In this document: positions 36,988 to 45,676 of the stretch, piece after piece
How positions within the stretch are numbered: position 1 is the first letter of the stretch
How the letters are laid out: each line of letters begins with the position of its first letter
Assembly (NCBI GenBank): GCA_022573285.1
Contig: JACZUF010000010.1
Location: forward strand, 5,602 to 69,601
Direction: 5' to 3'
Length of the DNA stretch: 64,000 nucleotides
Source: Chloroflexota bacterium
GTDB taxonomy: Bacteria; Chloroflexota; Dehalococcoidia; Lucifugimonadales; UBA3495
The notes under the pieces: model-generated
What the model saw: the letters and a program-made list of their open reading frames with translations, nothing else
Database searches by the model: none
Told to the model about the DNA's origin: nothing
Position numbers and translations under genes: made by a program

Positions 36988-37798
36988 GAGAGTAGGCCCT
37001 CCCGTTCATGCCGACCATCTCCCTGAACCGCGAGAATAGGCCGGTCTTGGGTTGAAGGTCCATCAACGGAATGTCCTCTCCGTCCACCCTGGAAGCGATC
37101 CTCAGGAACGCTCCGCCGGCGGCGGACTTGGTGTTATGCACCACCGGGACTCCCCGGTTGGCGGCCACCACCGTGTGTTCGTCCGCAGGCACCAAGCCCA
37201 GGACCTCCACCGCCAGCAGGCTTTCCACGTCCTTCTGGTCCATCATGTCCCCGCGCTTGACCATGTCCGGGGAGATGCGGTTGATGATGAGCCGTGGCCG
37301 GTGCAGTCCCGACGACTCCAACAGACCGATGACCCGGTCCGCGTCCCTGATGGCCGCGACCTCCGGCGTGGTCACGATTATCGCCTCTTTGGCGGCGGCG
37401 GTGGCGTTCTTGAAGCCCTGCTCGATGCCCGCCGGACAATCGATGAGCACATAGTCGAACTCTTTCTCAAGTTCGGCGCACATGTCCCGGAGTTGTTCCG
37501 GCTCGACGCTGTTCTTGTCCCGGGTCTGCGCCGCGGGGATCAGGTATAGCTCGTAATCGTGCTTGTCCCTGATCATGGCCTGGCTCAGCTTGCACGTGCC
37601 TTCAATGACGTTCACCAGGTCGTAGACGATGCGGTTCTCCAGACCCATGATGACATCCAGGTTGCGGAGGCCGATGTCGGTGTCGACCACCACCACCTTG
37701 TGGCCGCGCATGGCCAGGCCGGAACCGATGTTGGCGGTCGCGGTGGTCTTTCCCACGCCGCCCTTGCCCGACGTAAATACGATGGTCCTACCCGTCAT
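36980..37798 (-). CDS. minD: septum site-determining ATPase MinD
   Basis: MTGRTIVFTSGKGGVGKTT deviant Walker A, with a MinD-like body throughout. Confidence 0.95.
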   Translation of the reverse strand: MTGRTIVFTSGKGGVGKTTATANIGSGLAMRGHKVVVVDTDIGLRNLDVIMGLENRIVYDLVNVIEGTCKLSQAMIRDKHDYELYLIPAAQTRDKNSVEPEQLRDMCAELEKEFDYVLIDCPAGIEQGFKNATAAAKEAIIVTTPEVAAIRDADRVIGLLESSGLHRPRLIINRISPDMVKRGDMMDQKDVESLLAVEVLGLVPADEHTVVAANRGVPVVHNTKSAAGGAFLRIASRVDGEDIPLMDLQPKTGLFSRFREMVGMNGRAYSHA

Positions 37799-38618
37799 AA
37801 GGTACTCCTTTATTGTATCTGGCAAACCGGCCCGCGAAGGGCGCCACGTGGATTGAACGGCTCCGCACGTAGGCGATCTTGGGTCCGGCCGCAGACGATT
37901 TGGACTTGCGGCGCGCCGAGGTTGGCGCGACGCCCTGATATTTGGCGATCTGGAACCGGGCCGAAGGTAGTTCCATGGCGATGATCACGGCTTTGGTGTC
38001 GCCGGAGGCCCCGGCGTGGGCCAATCCCTTGAGGGAGCCCAGCACCACAATGTCGCCGTCGGCCCGGATCTCCGCTCCAGGGTTCACGTCCGCCAACACG
38101 ACCACATCTCCATCGTGATTTATGGACTGTCCGGAACGGAACGTAGACTTGATGAACAGGGCCTCGGTGCGGTTCCGGTTTCGGGCGCCATTCTTGTTCT
38201 GACGCTTCTTCAGGCCCTCGATCACCGATTCCACCGTTGGTTCGGGTGTGGGTTCGGGGGGCGGCCCCGGCAGCACGATCTCGTTATGGGCCGCCGTCTT
38301 GGCGGGGTTTTCCACCGCCACAGGTTTGGCTTCAATGTGCAAATCGCCGCTGCCCAGGGAATCGGGCGAGCACCAGAATCTGGTAACCGTCAGGCCCGAC
38401 TGGGTCTCAATGATCGATTTAACCTGGGCCAACTCGTCCCGGGCCAGCAACCGCTGGCCGACGTTTACCGTGATTTCCCCCTTGGACCACAGTCCGGTCT
38501 GCTTGGCCAGGTACTCACGCAGATTCTCCGCGACAACTTCAAAGGGCGCATCTTGGTCAATAACGAAGGTCACGTCGGGGCCTCTGGCCACGACCTGCAC
38601 CACGCCGGTCTTCAGCAT
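37788..38618 (-). CDS. minC: septum site-determining protein MinC
   Basis: Sits upstream of minD with an 11-nt overlap. The C-terminal beta-helix region reads GDVVVLADVNPGAEIRADGDIVVLGSLKGLAHAG. Confidence 0.85.
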   Translation of the reverse strand: MLKTGVVQVVARGPDVTFVIDQDAPFEVVAENLREYLAKQTGLWSKGEITVNVGQRLLARDELAQVKSIIETQSGLTVTRFWCSPDSLGSGDLHIEAKPVAVENPAKTAAHNEIVLPGPPPEPTPEPTVESVIEGLKKRQNKNGARNRNRTEALFIKSTFRSGQSINHDGDVVVLADVNPGAEIRADGDIVVLGSLKGLAHAGASGDTKAVIIAMELPSARFQIAKYQGVAPTSARRKSKSSAAGPKIAYVRSRSIHVAPFAGRFARYNKGVPYDG

Positions 38619-38898
38619 GATTCCCCTGTGACCACCCACGTGGTTTCACGCGCAGTTACCTGCGCGGCTAATCGATGATTCCTAGATAACATTCCGCCCA
38701 CGTCCACTCTCACCTTATGTCACCAAGATTATTTCAGTTGGAGACGCTCCGGCACAACAAATTATTGGTCAGATTTTAAACAAAATTTAAGATTAAGTCG
38801 AATATTGAGCCTACAAGCTCAAAAAATCCAAGGTGTGGTGGAAGGCAAACACTCAGTAATTTCACACAAACCCCGGTCCGAAAGCCCCTCGCGATTTT

Positions 38899-38994
38899 GT
38901 CACCCTGATCCCGACCGCAGTCGGGAGAAGGGTCTCTTTGTTCCTGCACAGTCCTGGCTCAGCAACAACGAGATTCTTTCCCGACGCGTCGGGA
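38899..38994. repeat. REP/MITE-like hairpin element, copy 2 (about 96 bp)
   Basis: gtcaccctgatcccgaccgcagtcgggagaagggtctc ... gagattctttcccgacgcgtcggga, collinear with copy 1. Confidence 0.7.
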
Positions 38995-39157
38995 CCACCG
39001 CAGAAAGAGAGCTTTCCTGACAAGATGCGTGGATCTTATGCCGGCCTTTCTGGAGGGGACCGCTCTATTGGCGAATTACAGGCCGCGAAAAAACGCCTCA
39101 CCCCCCTCCCCGCCTAGCGGGAAAGAGATAAGGCGCGTAACAGGCCAGAGTCCCGTG

Positions 39158-39185
39158 CCGAAGGTCGAAACGCGCTTGCAGCGCC
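39158..39185. repeat. 28-bp direct repeat, copy 1 (partner 41961-41988)
   Basis: ccgaaggtcgaaacgcgcttgcagcgcc versus ccggaggtcggaacgcgcttgcagcgcc (2 mismatches). Contains the small palindrome gcgct-tgc-agcgc. Confidence 0.7.
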
Positions 39186-39200
39186 TTGCAGCGGCAGCGC

Positions 39201-40373
39201 TTAGTCGCGGGTGCCGAAGAGGGCCACGGAGCAGGTGAAGGAGCCGGGCCGGCCTCCCAGGTTGTGGGTCAGCCCCAGGGTGGGGTCTTTTAGCTGGCGT
39301 TCTCCCGCCTTGCCCTGGAGCTGTTTATAGACCTCATAGATCATGCGGATGCCGCTGGCCCCGATGGGGTGGCCGAAACACTTCAGCCCGCCGTCGGTGT
39401 TCACCGGCAGTTCGCCTTCAAGACTGAACGTCCCCGCCGCCACGTCCTCGCTGCCGCGGCCCCGGGGACTGAAACCCAGGTCCTCGTAGATGATCAACTC
39501 GGTGATGGTGAAGCAGTCGTGGACCATGGCCATGTCGATCTCTTTGCGCGGGTCGGAGATTCCAGCCTCCTGGTAGGCGGACTGGCTGGCCCGCACCGAC
39601 TCGGGGAAGTGGGTGAAGTCCCAGTCGTTGCGCAGGACGCCGTAGGCGCCCACTGAGAGACCGATGCCCTTGACCAGGATGTAGTCGTCCCTGAAGGTCT
39701 TGGCGATCTCCGGCGTGGTGATGATCGCCGCCGCCGCGCCGTCGGAGACGCCGCAGCAATCGAAGAGTCCCAGGGGCCAGGCCACCATTGGCGCGTTGAC
39801 CACCTGCTCCGCGCTAACCTCCCGCTGGAAGTGGGCCTTGGGGCTCATGGTCCCGTTGTGATGGTTCTTGGACGCTATCTGGGCCAGAGTCATCTTCCCT
39901 TCTTCATAGGGGATCTCGTACTGATGGAAATAGCGGGTGGCGGCCAGGGCGAACTGGGAGGGCGGCGGCACCGGCGGGTTGACGTCTGAGCCGGCCGGTT
40001 CGGCCACGGCCAGGCCGGAAAAGCCCGAGTCCTTGAGCTTTTCCACGCCCAAGGTCAGCACGATGTCATAGATGCCGGCGGCCACCGCGTAACAGGCGTT
40101 GCGGAAGGCGTCGGTGGCGGTGGCGCAGGCGTTCTCGACCCGGGTGATGGGTATATAGTCCAGTTTGAGGGCAGCGGCCAGGGGCTGGCCGGTCCGGAAC
40201 GAGGCCACGGTGCCCAGCCAGGCGGCCTGGATATCCTTTCCCTCGATTCCCGCGTCCTCGAAGGCCTCGTAGGCCGCTTCGACGATCAGGTCCGAAGCGC
40301 TGGAGTCCCAACGTTCCCCGAACTTGCTGCAGCCCATGCCGATCACGGCAACTCTGTCCTTGATACCGCTCAT
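39201..40373 (-). CDS. thiolase-fold protein (SCP-x/archaeal-type acetyl-CoA acetyltransferase)
   Basis: VAVIGMGCSKFGE..., ACATATDAF (active-site Cys region), and a C-terminal GHPIGASG...NLGG pattern. Confidence 0.9.
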   Translation of the reverse strand: MSGIKDRVAVIGMGCSKFGERWDSSASDLIVEAAYEAFEDAGIEGKDIQAAWLGTVASFRTGQPLAAALKLDYIPITRVENACATATDAFRNACYAVAAGIYDIVLTLGVEKLKDSGFSGLAVAEPAGSDVNPPVPPPSQFALAATRYFHQYEIPYEEGKMTLAQIASKNHHNGTMSPKAHFQREVSAEQVVNAPMVAWPLGLFDCCGVSDGAAAAIITTPEIAKTFRDDYILVKGIGLSVGAYGVLRNDWDFTHFPESVRASQSAYQEAGISDPRKEIDMAMVHDCFTITELIIYEDLGFSPRGRGSEDVAAGTFSLEGELPVNTDGGLKCFGHPIGASGIRMIYEVYKQLQGKAGERQLKDPTLGLTHNLGGRPGSFTCSVALFGTRD

Positions 40374-40422
40374 AACGTTCTCCTAATTCTCAACGCCCAA
40401 GAGCAATTATATCGTCTTGGCG

Positions 40423-41835
40423 CTAGGCGGCCCGCCGCCGGGGCACCGCTTTCCAATAGTAATTGTGTATTCCGTTCACCACCCGGAGCTTCCGGAAGCT
40501 CATCTCCACCTTTAGCCCAATCTGAACTTCCGAGGTCTCCCGGTCGGTCATCATGCAGAGGACCCGGCCTCCCGGCTCAAAATCCACCACGACGATGGCC
40601 AGGGGCGTGTCCACCGTGCCGGCCAGATAGTCCAGCGAGTAGGTGAACACCGTGCCCGGTTGGTCGCTGAGCCTGATCGGGGTCGAGTCGTCCCTGGCCT
40701 GACACTCGACACAGACGCTTTGGGGCGGGTATTGCACGTAGCCGCACTGGTTGCAGGCAGCGCCGTGGAACCGAATATTCTGGTCGTTCTCCCGCCACAA
40801 TGCCGTGACCGAGGGCGACTGGGGTTGGGGGCGTCTCGACGAGGAATCGGTGGGCCACACATCCCGCCATTTGGCGTAGGTCTCGTAGCTGTCCAGCACT
40901 TGACCGGAGTCCAAGTACCCTGAGACACCCAAGCTGGGTCTGCCGTCTCTTATCTTGGACGTGGTGCGGAAGCCCAGCACGTCGCTGCCGTCGCCGTAGG
41001 ACACGGTGAGCAGCAACTGGTCCGGCGGCCCATCTTCCAGTGCGCCGGCCAACAGCATCAGGGGGAAGGCGGCGCCGGTGTTGCCCATCCGGCCGAACAA
41101 CGGGTCCTGCACCTGCTCCGGCTGGAACCCCAGATGCCGCACCAACTGACTGTGGCGGCGGGCGTCCGGTGAGTAGAGGGCCAACTTGCCAACGTCCTTC
41201 ACCGACACCCCCTCTTTCTCCATGAAGCCCGAGACCGCCTCCCCCAGTATCCGTTCCAACCCCTCTTCGAGGGCGAATCGGTCTTCCCAGGAGCGGACGA
41301 ACTGGTCGCCGGCGCTGCGCCAGGTGTCCATCATGTTCTCGGTGATGGTATAGGAGCCGGCCTGCTCGGCGATGACATCCTCATTGGAGACGATGAAGGC
41401 CGCCGCCCCGTCTCCGGAGTTGCGCTCGGCCTCGCCCTTGGGAGCGCCTTGGCGGTTGTCGCTGGCCACCACCAGCACCTGCTTGGCCGACCCGGCGGCA
41501 ACCGAGTCCAGGGCCGACTTCAAGGCGGTGGTCCCGGCCCTGAGCACGTCGGTGATATCGGCGGTGAAGATGTCCCGGCGCAGGTCCAAAGCGGTGGCGA
41601 TTATCGAAGCGCACTGCTTCTCGGCGTAGGGCGCGGTGGTGGTGGCGAACAGCAGACCGTCGATGTCCTGACGGTCCCGGCCTTGCAGACAGTCGATTCC
41701 TGCGGCCACCGCCATGCTGACGCTGTCTTCGTCGAAGTTGGCCACGGAGCGCTGGCCGGTTGAGTCCCAGCCATCGGTTTCCGCGCCCAATCGGTACCTG
41801 GGGACGTAGGCCCCAAAGGCTGATATTCCTGCCAA
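40423..41835 (-). CDS. hydroxymethylglutaryl-CoA synthase-like condensing enzyme fused to a C-terminal DUF35 (Zn-ribbon plus OB-fold) domain
   Basis: N-terminus ISAFGAYVPRYRL...TTAPYAEKQCAS (HMGCS/KAS-III-like). C-terminus FHGAACNQCGYVQYPPQSVCVECQ...GTVFTYSLDY...VVVDFEPGGRVLCMMTD (DUF35). Confidence 0.85.
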   Translation of the reverse strand: MAGISAFGAYVPRYRLGAETDGWDSTGQRSVANFDEDSVSMAVAAGIDCLQGRDRQDIDGLLFATTTAPYAEKQCASIIATALDLRRDIFTADITDVLRAGTTALKSALDSVAAGSAKQVLVVASDNRQGAPKGEAERNSGDGAAAFIVSNEDVIAEQAGSYTITENMMDTWRSAGDQFVRSWEDRFALEEGLERILGEAVSGFMEKEGVSVKDVGKLALYSPDARRHSQLVRHLGFQPEQVQDPLFGRMGNTGAAFPLMLLAGALEDGPPDQLLLTVSYGDGSDVLGFRTTSKIRDGRPSLGVSGYLDSGQVLDSYETYAKWRDVWPTDSSSRRPQPQSPSVTALWRENDQNIRFHGAACNQCGYVQYPPQSVCVECQARDDSTPIRLSDQPGTVFTYSLDYLAGTVDTPLAIVVVDFEPGGRVLCMMTDRETSEVQIGLKVEMSFRKLRVVNGIHNYYWKAVPRRRAA

Positions 41836-41871
41836 TACTACCTTCCTGCCGGTAGTCGTTTCAAAATGTGG

Positions 41872-41909
41872 TTCGACAAGTCGCCCGATGCATCGGGCGA
41901 CTTGTCGAA
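41872..41909. repeat. 38-bp perfect palindrome
   Basis: ttcgacaagtcgcccgatg | catcgggcgacttgtcgaa. A half-related sequence gtttccaaaatgggattcgacaag lies at 44613-44636. Confidence 0.85.
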
Positions 41910-41960
41910 GGGCCGCACTATCAGTCGGACACGCGGTGCCTATGCAGCCATATTCCTGCT

Positions 41961-41988
41961 CCGGAGGTCGGAACGCGCTTGCAGCGCC
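41961..41988. repeat. 28-bp direct repeat, copy 2 (partner 39158-39185)
   Basis: See copy 1. Together the two copies bracket the thiolase/HMGCS-DUF35 gene pair. Confidence 0.7.
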
Positions 41989-42185
41989 GCCATGCTAGCA
42001 GCTTGCCGAAATCAGTGTCAACGCGCCCGCCAAGGCCGGCGGAGAGCCTGTAAAGGCCCGGCGCCTGGAGACTGTGCCAATCTCGCCCTATGTTACAATC
42101 GAAACCTGCATTGTGAACGCCACGGAGCCTGAATATTCCCCATCCGGAGAACGCCAGCCCCGCTCCGCGGCAGGAGTCGACTCCA

Positions 42186-43361
42186 GTGATCAGAACTCGA
42201 TTTTCCCTCAGTATTGTAGTTGCCACCACCATAGCGGTCATGCTATTGGTGGCCGCTGCCTGTTCCGGCGGTGACGACGGCAACCCCAGCATTGAGGGTC
42301 TCCCGCCTGAGTTTCAGCGGTTGAGCGAAGTGTGGGAATTGTTGAACCGGGAACACATCGATCAGGATAATCTGGACCCCCAGGCCATCAGCGACGGCGC
42401 GATCCGCGGCATGTTGCGCGCCCTGGACGACCCGTACGCCTCTTTTCTGAACGCGGAACAATACTCCCTTGAAAATGAAGATATCCGTGGGTTCTTCAGC
42501 GGGATAGGTGCGGAGGTTGGCTTCCGCAACGGAGTGATAACCATCTTGTCCCCCATGCCCGATACCCCTGCCGAAGCGGCGGGGGTCAGGCCCGGCGACG
42601 TGATCCTGGAAGTGGATGGGGAGAGCATCCGGGGTCTTAGTCTTCTGGAGGTGGTCCGGTTGATCCGGGGCGATAGGGGCACCAAAGTCACCCTTTTGGT
42701 GCGGCATCTGAACGACTTTGAGACCGTTTCCATCGAGATAGAACGGGACATCATAAACCTGGTGAGCGTCACCCTTCTGATGCAGGTGGGCCGGATCGGC
42801 CACCTCCGCCTATCGGGCTTTACGGGCACAACCGGCGAGGAATTGAAAGAAGCCCTGGAACGGTTCGAGCGGTCCCAGGGTGTTGGATTGGTTTTGGACC
42901 TGCGCAATAATCCGGGGGGGTTGGTGTCGTCCGTCGTTGATGTGACCAGCCAGTTCATCCGCGACGGACTGGTCCTATATCAGGTGGACGCCCAAGGAAA
43001 CCGCCGCAATTGGGGCATTAAATCGGGGGGGCAAGCCCTGGATATTCCCATGGTAGTCCTGGTAAATGAATTTAGCGCCAGCGCCAGCGAGGTGTTCGCG
43101 GGAGCCATCATCGACAACGGGCGGGCCACCATCATCGGGACCACCACCTTTGGCAAGGGCAGCGTCAATAACCTGTGGCCGCTGGATGACGGCTCCGGAG
43201 TAAATTTCACCACCGCTCGTTGGTTCACCCCAAACGGCTCATTGATCGAGGGTGAAGGAATCACGCCCGATGTGTTGTTGGAGTTTGCTGAAGACGACGA
43301 CGACGTTTATCTTGACCGGGCCATCGAGATCCTGAAGGAACAGATCAGCCGAGGCGGCTAA
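42186..43361 (+). CDS. S41 family C-terminal processing peptidase
   Basis: N-terminal membrane anchor or lipobox AAACSGG, a PDZ region SPMPDTPAEAAGVRPGDVILEVDG, and the catalytic region LVNEFSASASEVFAGA. Confidence 0.9.
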   Translation: MIRTRFSLSIVVATTIAVMLLVAAACSGGDDGNPSIEGLPPEFQRLSEVWELLNREHIDQDNLDPQAISDGAIRGMLRALDDPYASFLNAEQYSLENEDIRGFFSGIGAEVGFRNGVITILSPMPDTPAEAAGVRPGDVILEVDGESIRGLSLLEVVRLIRGDRGTKVTLLVRHLNDFETVSIEIERDIINLVSVTLLMQVGRIGHLRLSGFTGTTGEELKEALERFERSQGVGLVLDLRNNPGGLVSSVVDVTSQFIRDGLVLYQVDAQGNRRNWGIKSGGQALDIPMVVLVNEFSASASEVFAGAIIDNGRATIIGTTTFGKGSVNNLWPLDDGSGVNFTTARWFTPNGSLIEGEGITPDVLLEFAEDDDDVYLDRAIEILKEQISRGG

Positions 43362-43364
43362 CAA

Positions 43365-43892
43365 GTGGCAAAGAAGAGTACATCGACTCCAACGGTCCCG
43401 GCATCCAAGAAGGCGGCGCCCAAAAAGGCCGCTGCCGGTGACTTTCGTCCGGTGGCGTCCAACCGGAAGGCCCACTTCGATTACGAGATATTGGAGCGTT
43501 ACGAAGCCGGAATCGCCCTGACGGGCACCGAGATCAAGTCTGTCAGGGCGGGGAAGATGGACCTCCGCGACTCCTACGCCAGGGCCGTGGACGGCGAGAT
43601 GTGGCTCTACAACACCTACATAGCCCCTTACGACCCGGCCAGCGTCAATAACCATGATCCCAAGCGGTCCCGGAAGCTGCTGCTCCACCGGGCCGAGATC
43701 CAGCGGATGACCAGTTCCGCCGCCGAGAAGGGTCTGACCATATTGGCCCTGCGCGTCTACATCAAACGCCACGTGGCCAAGGTCGAGTTGGGCCTGGCCC
43801 GGGGCAAGCGGCAGTACGACAAACGCCGGGCCATCATTGACCGCGACATGGACCGTGAGGCCCGCCGGTCCATGGGCGCTAACCGGGATTAA
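43365..43892 (+). CDS. smpB: SsrA-binding protein SmpB (with Lys/Ala-rich N-terminal extension)
   Basis: NRKAHFDYEILERYEAGIALTGTEIKSVRAGK...RKLLLHRAEI...KVELGLARGKRQYDKR. Confidence 0.95.
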   Translation: MAKKSTSTPTVPASKKAAPKKAAAGDFRPVASNRKAHFDYEILERYEAGIALTGTEIKSVRAGKMDLRDSYARAVDGEMWLYNTYIAPYDPASVNNHDPKRSRKLLLHRAEIQRMTSSAAEKGLTILALRVYIKRHVAKVELGLARGKRQYDKRRAIIDRDMDREARRSMGANRD

Positions 43893-44091
43893 GGCGCTCT
43901 CTCTTCCCTCATACGTCTCCGTCCCACTGACCCCGTCCCGTTTCGTGAGATATAATCTACGGCTGGCGTAAATGTCCGCGCCTTGGCCACTGAGGCCCGA
44001 ACTGTGCCTTCTTGAGAGGATTGACCACGGCAGAAGACTGGCCGCGGCCGGCGTGCCGCGCCGCGTATACGCATAAATATGGAGGACCGAC

Positions 44092-44598
44092 TTGATTCGA
44101 ACCCTAGAAGGGAAGACCCCCAAGGTGGCCGAGACCGCATGGGTCAGCGAGTTTGCCTACGTCGTCGGCAACGTTGAGATCGGCGAGTACGCCAGCATCT
44201 GGCCCGGCGTGACCATCCGGGGCGACAGTCCCGATGCCATCGTCATCGGAGACTACGTGAATATCCAAGAAGGGTCGGTGGTCCACGGCAACGGACTGAC
44301 CATCGAGGACCACGTTTCGGTTGGCCATTCCGTGGTGGTCCACTGCGACCTGGTGGGCCGGGGCTCCCTCCTGGGCAACAACTGCACCGTGTTGAACCAG
44401 GTCACCCTGGGTGAAAACTGCCTGATCGCCGCCAATTCCGTGGTGATCGGCGGGACCCAGTTGCCGGCCCGCTCCTTCGTAACCGGAGCGCCGGGACAGG
44501 TAAAACGCCAGGTGACCGAGGAACAGATCGCGCAGATGAACCACACCAACGAGGAGTTGGTGACGCGGGCCAAGTTGTTTAAAGACAGCGGTTTGTAA
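44092..44598 (+). CDS. gamma-carbonic-anhydrase-like / hexapeptide-repeat (LbH) protein
   Basis: TTG start with GGAGG upstream. Contains VVGNVEIGEYASIWPGVTIRGD...NIQEGSVVHG left-handed beta-helix repeats. Confidence 0.85.
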   Translation: MIRTLEGKTPKVAETAWVSEFAYVVGNVEIGEYASIWPGVTIRGDSPDAIVIGDYVNIQEGSVVHGNGLTIEDHVSVGHSVVVHCDLVGRGSLLGNNCTVLNQVTLGENCLIAANSVVIGGTQLPARSFVTGAPGQVKRQVTEEQIAQMNHTNEELVTRAKLFKDSGL

Positions 44599-44673
44599 GA
44601 TTACTAGACATTGTTTCCAAAATGGGATTCGACAAGCTCACCATGAGCGGATATCAGGATGCCTCGAAACCGC

Positions 44674-45645
44674 TCAACCTGCGCCTGTCGAAGGATCCAT
44701 ACGGCGCGCCGCCGGCAGCACCTTGTCGGCCAGGTGTTCCATCACCTTGATGCAGTCGGACAGGCTCGCCACCCGGAAGTCGTAGGTCAGTTGGCCGATC
44801 CCGATTTCCTGGCAGACATGGAGGTCTTCGATGACCTCTTGGGTGGTGGCGATCAGAGACCCTCCGCTCCGTACGTGGCCGACTTCGCCCAGACCGATGT
44901 CGGTGAAATGCAAGCTCCGTTTCAGCGAGACGGTGACATCTGACTGGGCTCGGCCTTCTTTCTCGATGCGCTCCCGCAGATAGGGCAGGTTCCCGGCCAC
45001 GAAATCCGGGGTCTGGCGGGTGGTGTGCCAGCAATTGCCGTATCGAGCGGTCCGCCGCAGGGCCGCTTTGGTGTGGCCGCCCACCCAGATGGGGATGCTG
45101 GGTTGCTGGACCGGTTTGGGCTCAAATTGGATCCCTTCGATACTGTAATACTTGCCGTGGTACTCCGGGTCCGGCTGGGTCCAGAGCGCCTGCATGATCT
45201 CCAGGAACTCGTCGGTCATCGCCCCCCGTTGGTGGTAGTCCAGCCCAAGAATCTGGAACTCCTTCTCCAGCCATCCCACGCCCACGCCGCAGATGATGCG
45301 GCCGTTGGTCAGCACATCCAGCGAGGCGAACATCTTGGCCTGCACCACCGGGTTCCGGTAGGGGAGGATTATCACCGTAGTGCCCAGCTTGATCCGGCTG
45401 GTACAGGCCGCCAGGTAACCCAGCAGTGTCATCGTCTCCAGGAATGGCTCGTCTGACGGCCGGGAGAACGACCCGTCGCTGGTGTAGGGGTACTGATTGG
45501 TGCCTTCGGTCGGCAATACGATGTGGTCGCCGGCCAAGACCGACTCAAAGCCCAGTTCTTCCGCGCTCTCTACGAACCGCTTCAGCCCGAGTGCGTCGGG
45601 CAGCCGGGGGATGGAGATTCCGATTTCCAAAATTACCGCCTCCAA
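44674..45645 (-). CDS. LLM-class F420-dependent oxidoreductase
   Basis: FESVLAGDHIVLP..., IKLGTTVIILPYRNPV and GRIICGVGVGWLEKEF are typical of the F420-linked luciferase-like family. Confidence 0.9.
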   Translation of the reverse strand: MEAVILEIGISIPRLPDALGLKRFVESAEELGFESVLAGDHIVLPTEGTNQYPYTSDGSFSRPSDEPFLETMTLLGYLAACTSRIKLGTTVIILPYRNPVVQAKMFASLDVLTNGRIICGVGVGWLEKEFQILGLDYHQRGAMTDEFLEIMQALWTQPDPEYHGKYYSIEGIQFEPKPVQQPSIPIWVGGHTKAALRRTARYGNCWHTTRQTPDFVAGNLPYLRERIEKEGRAQSDVTVSLKRSLHFTDIGLGEVGHVRSGGSLIATTQEVIEDLHVCQEIGIGQLTYDFRVASLSDCIKVMEHLADKVLPAARRMDPSTGAG

Positions 45646-45676
45646 ATTGCCAAGATTTTTTTAAGACCGATCCGGT

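Noticed and set aside
43893-44091. Looked for tmRNA (ssrA) downstream of smpB
   Set aside because: There is no tRNA-like acceptor or T-arm, no GGGG-type 5' end and no tag-peptide reading frame. The stretch looks like an ordinary intergenic region with the RBS of the next gene.
43239-44123. 294-aa minus-strand ORF
   Set aside because: It is antisense to smpB, whose identity is unambiguous.
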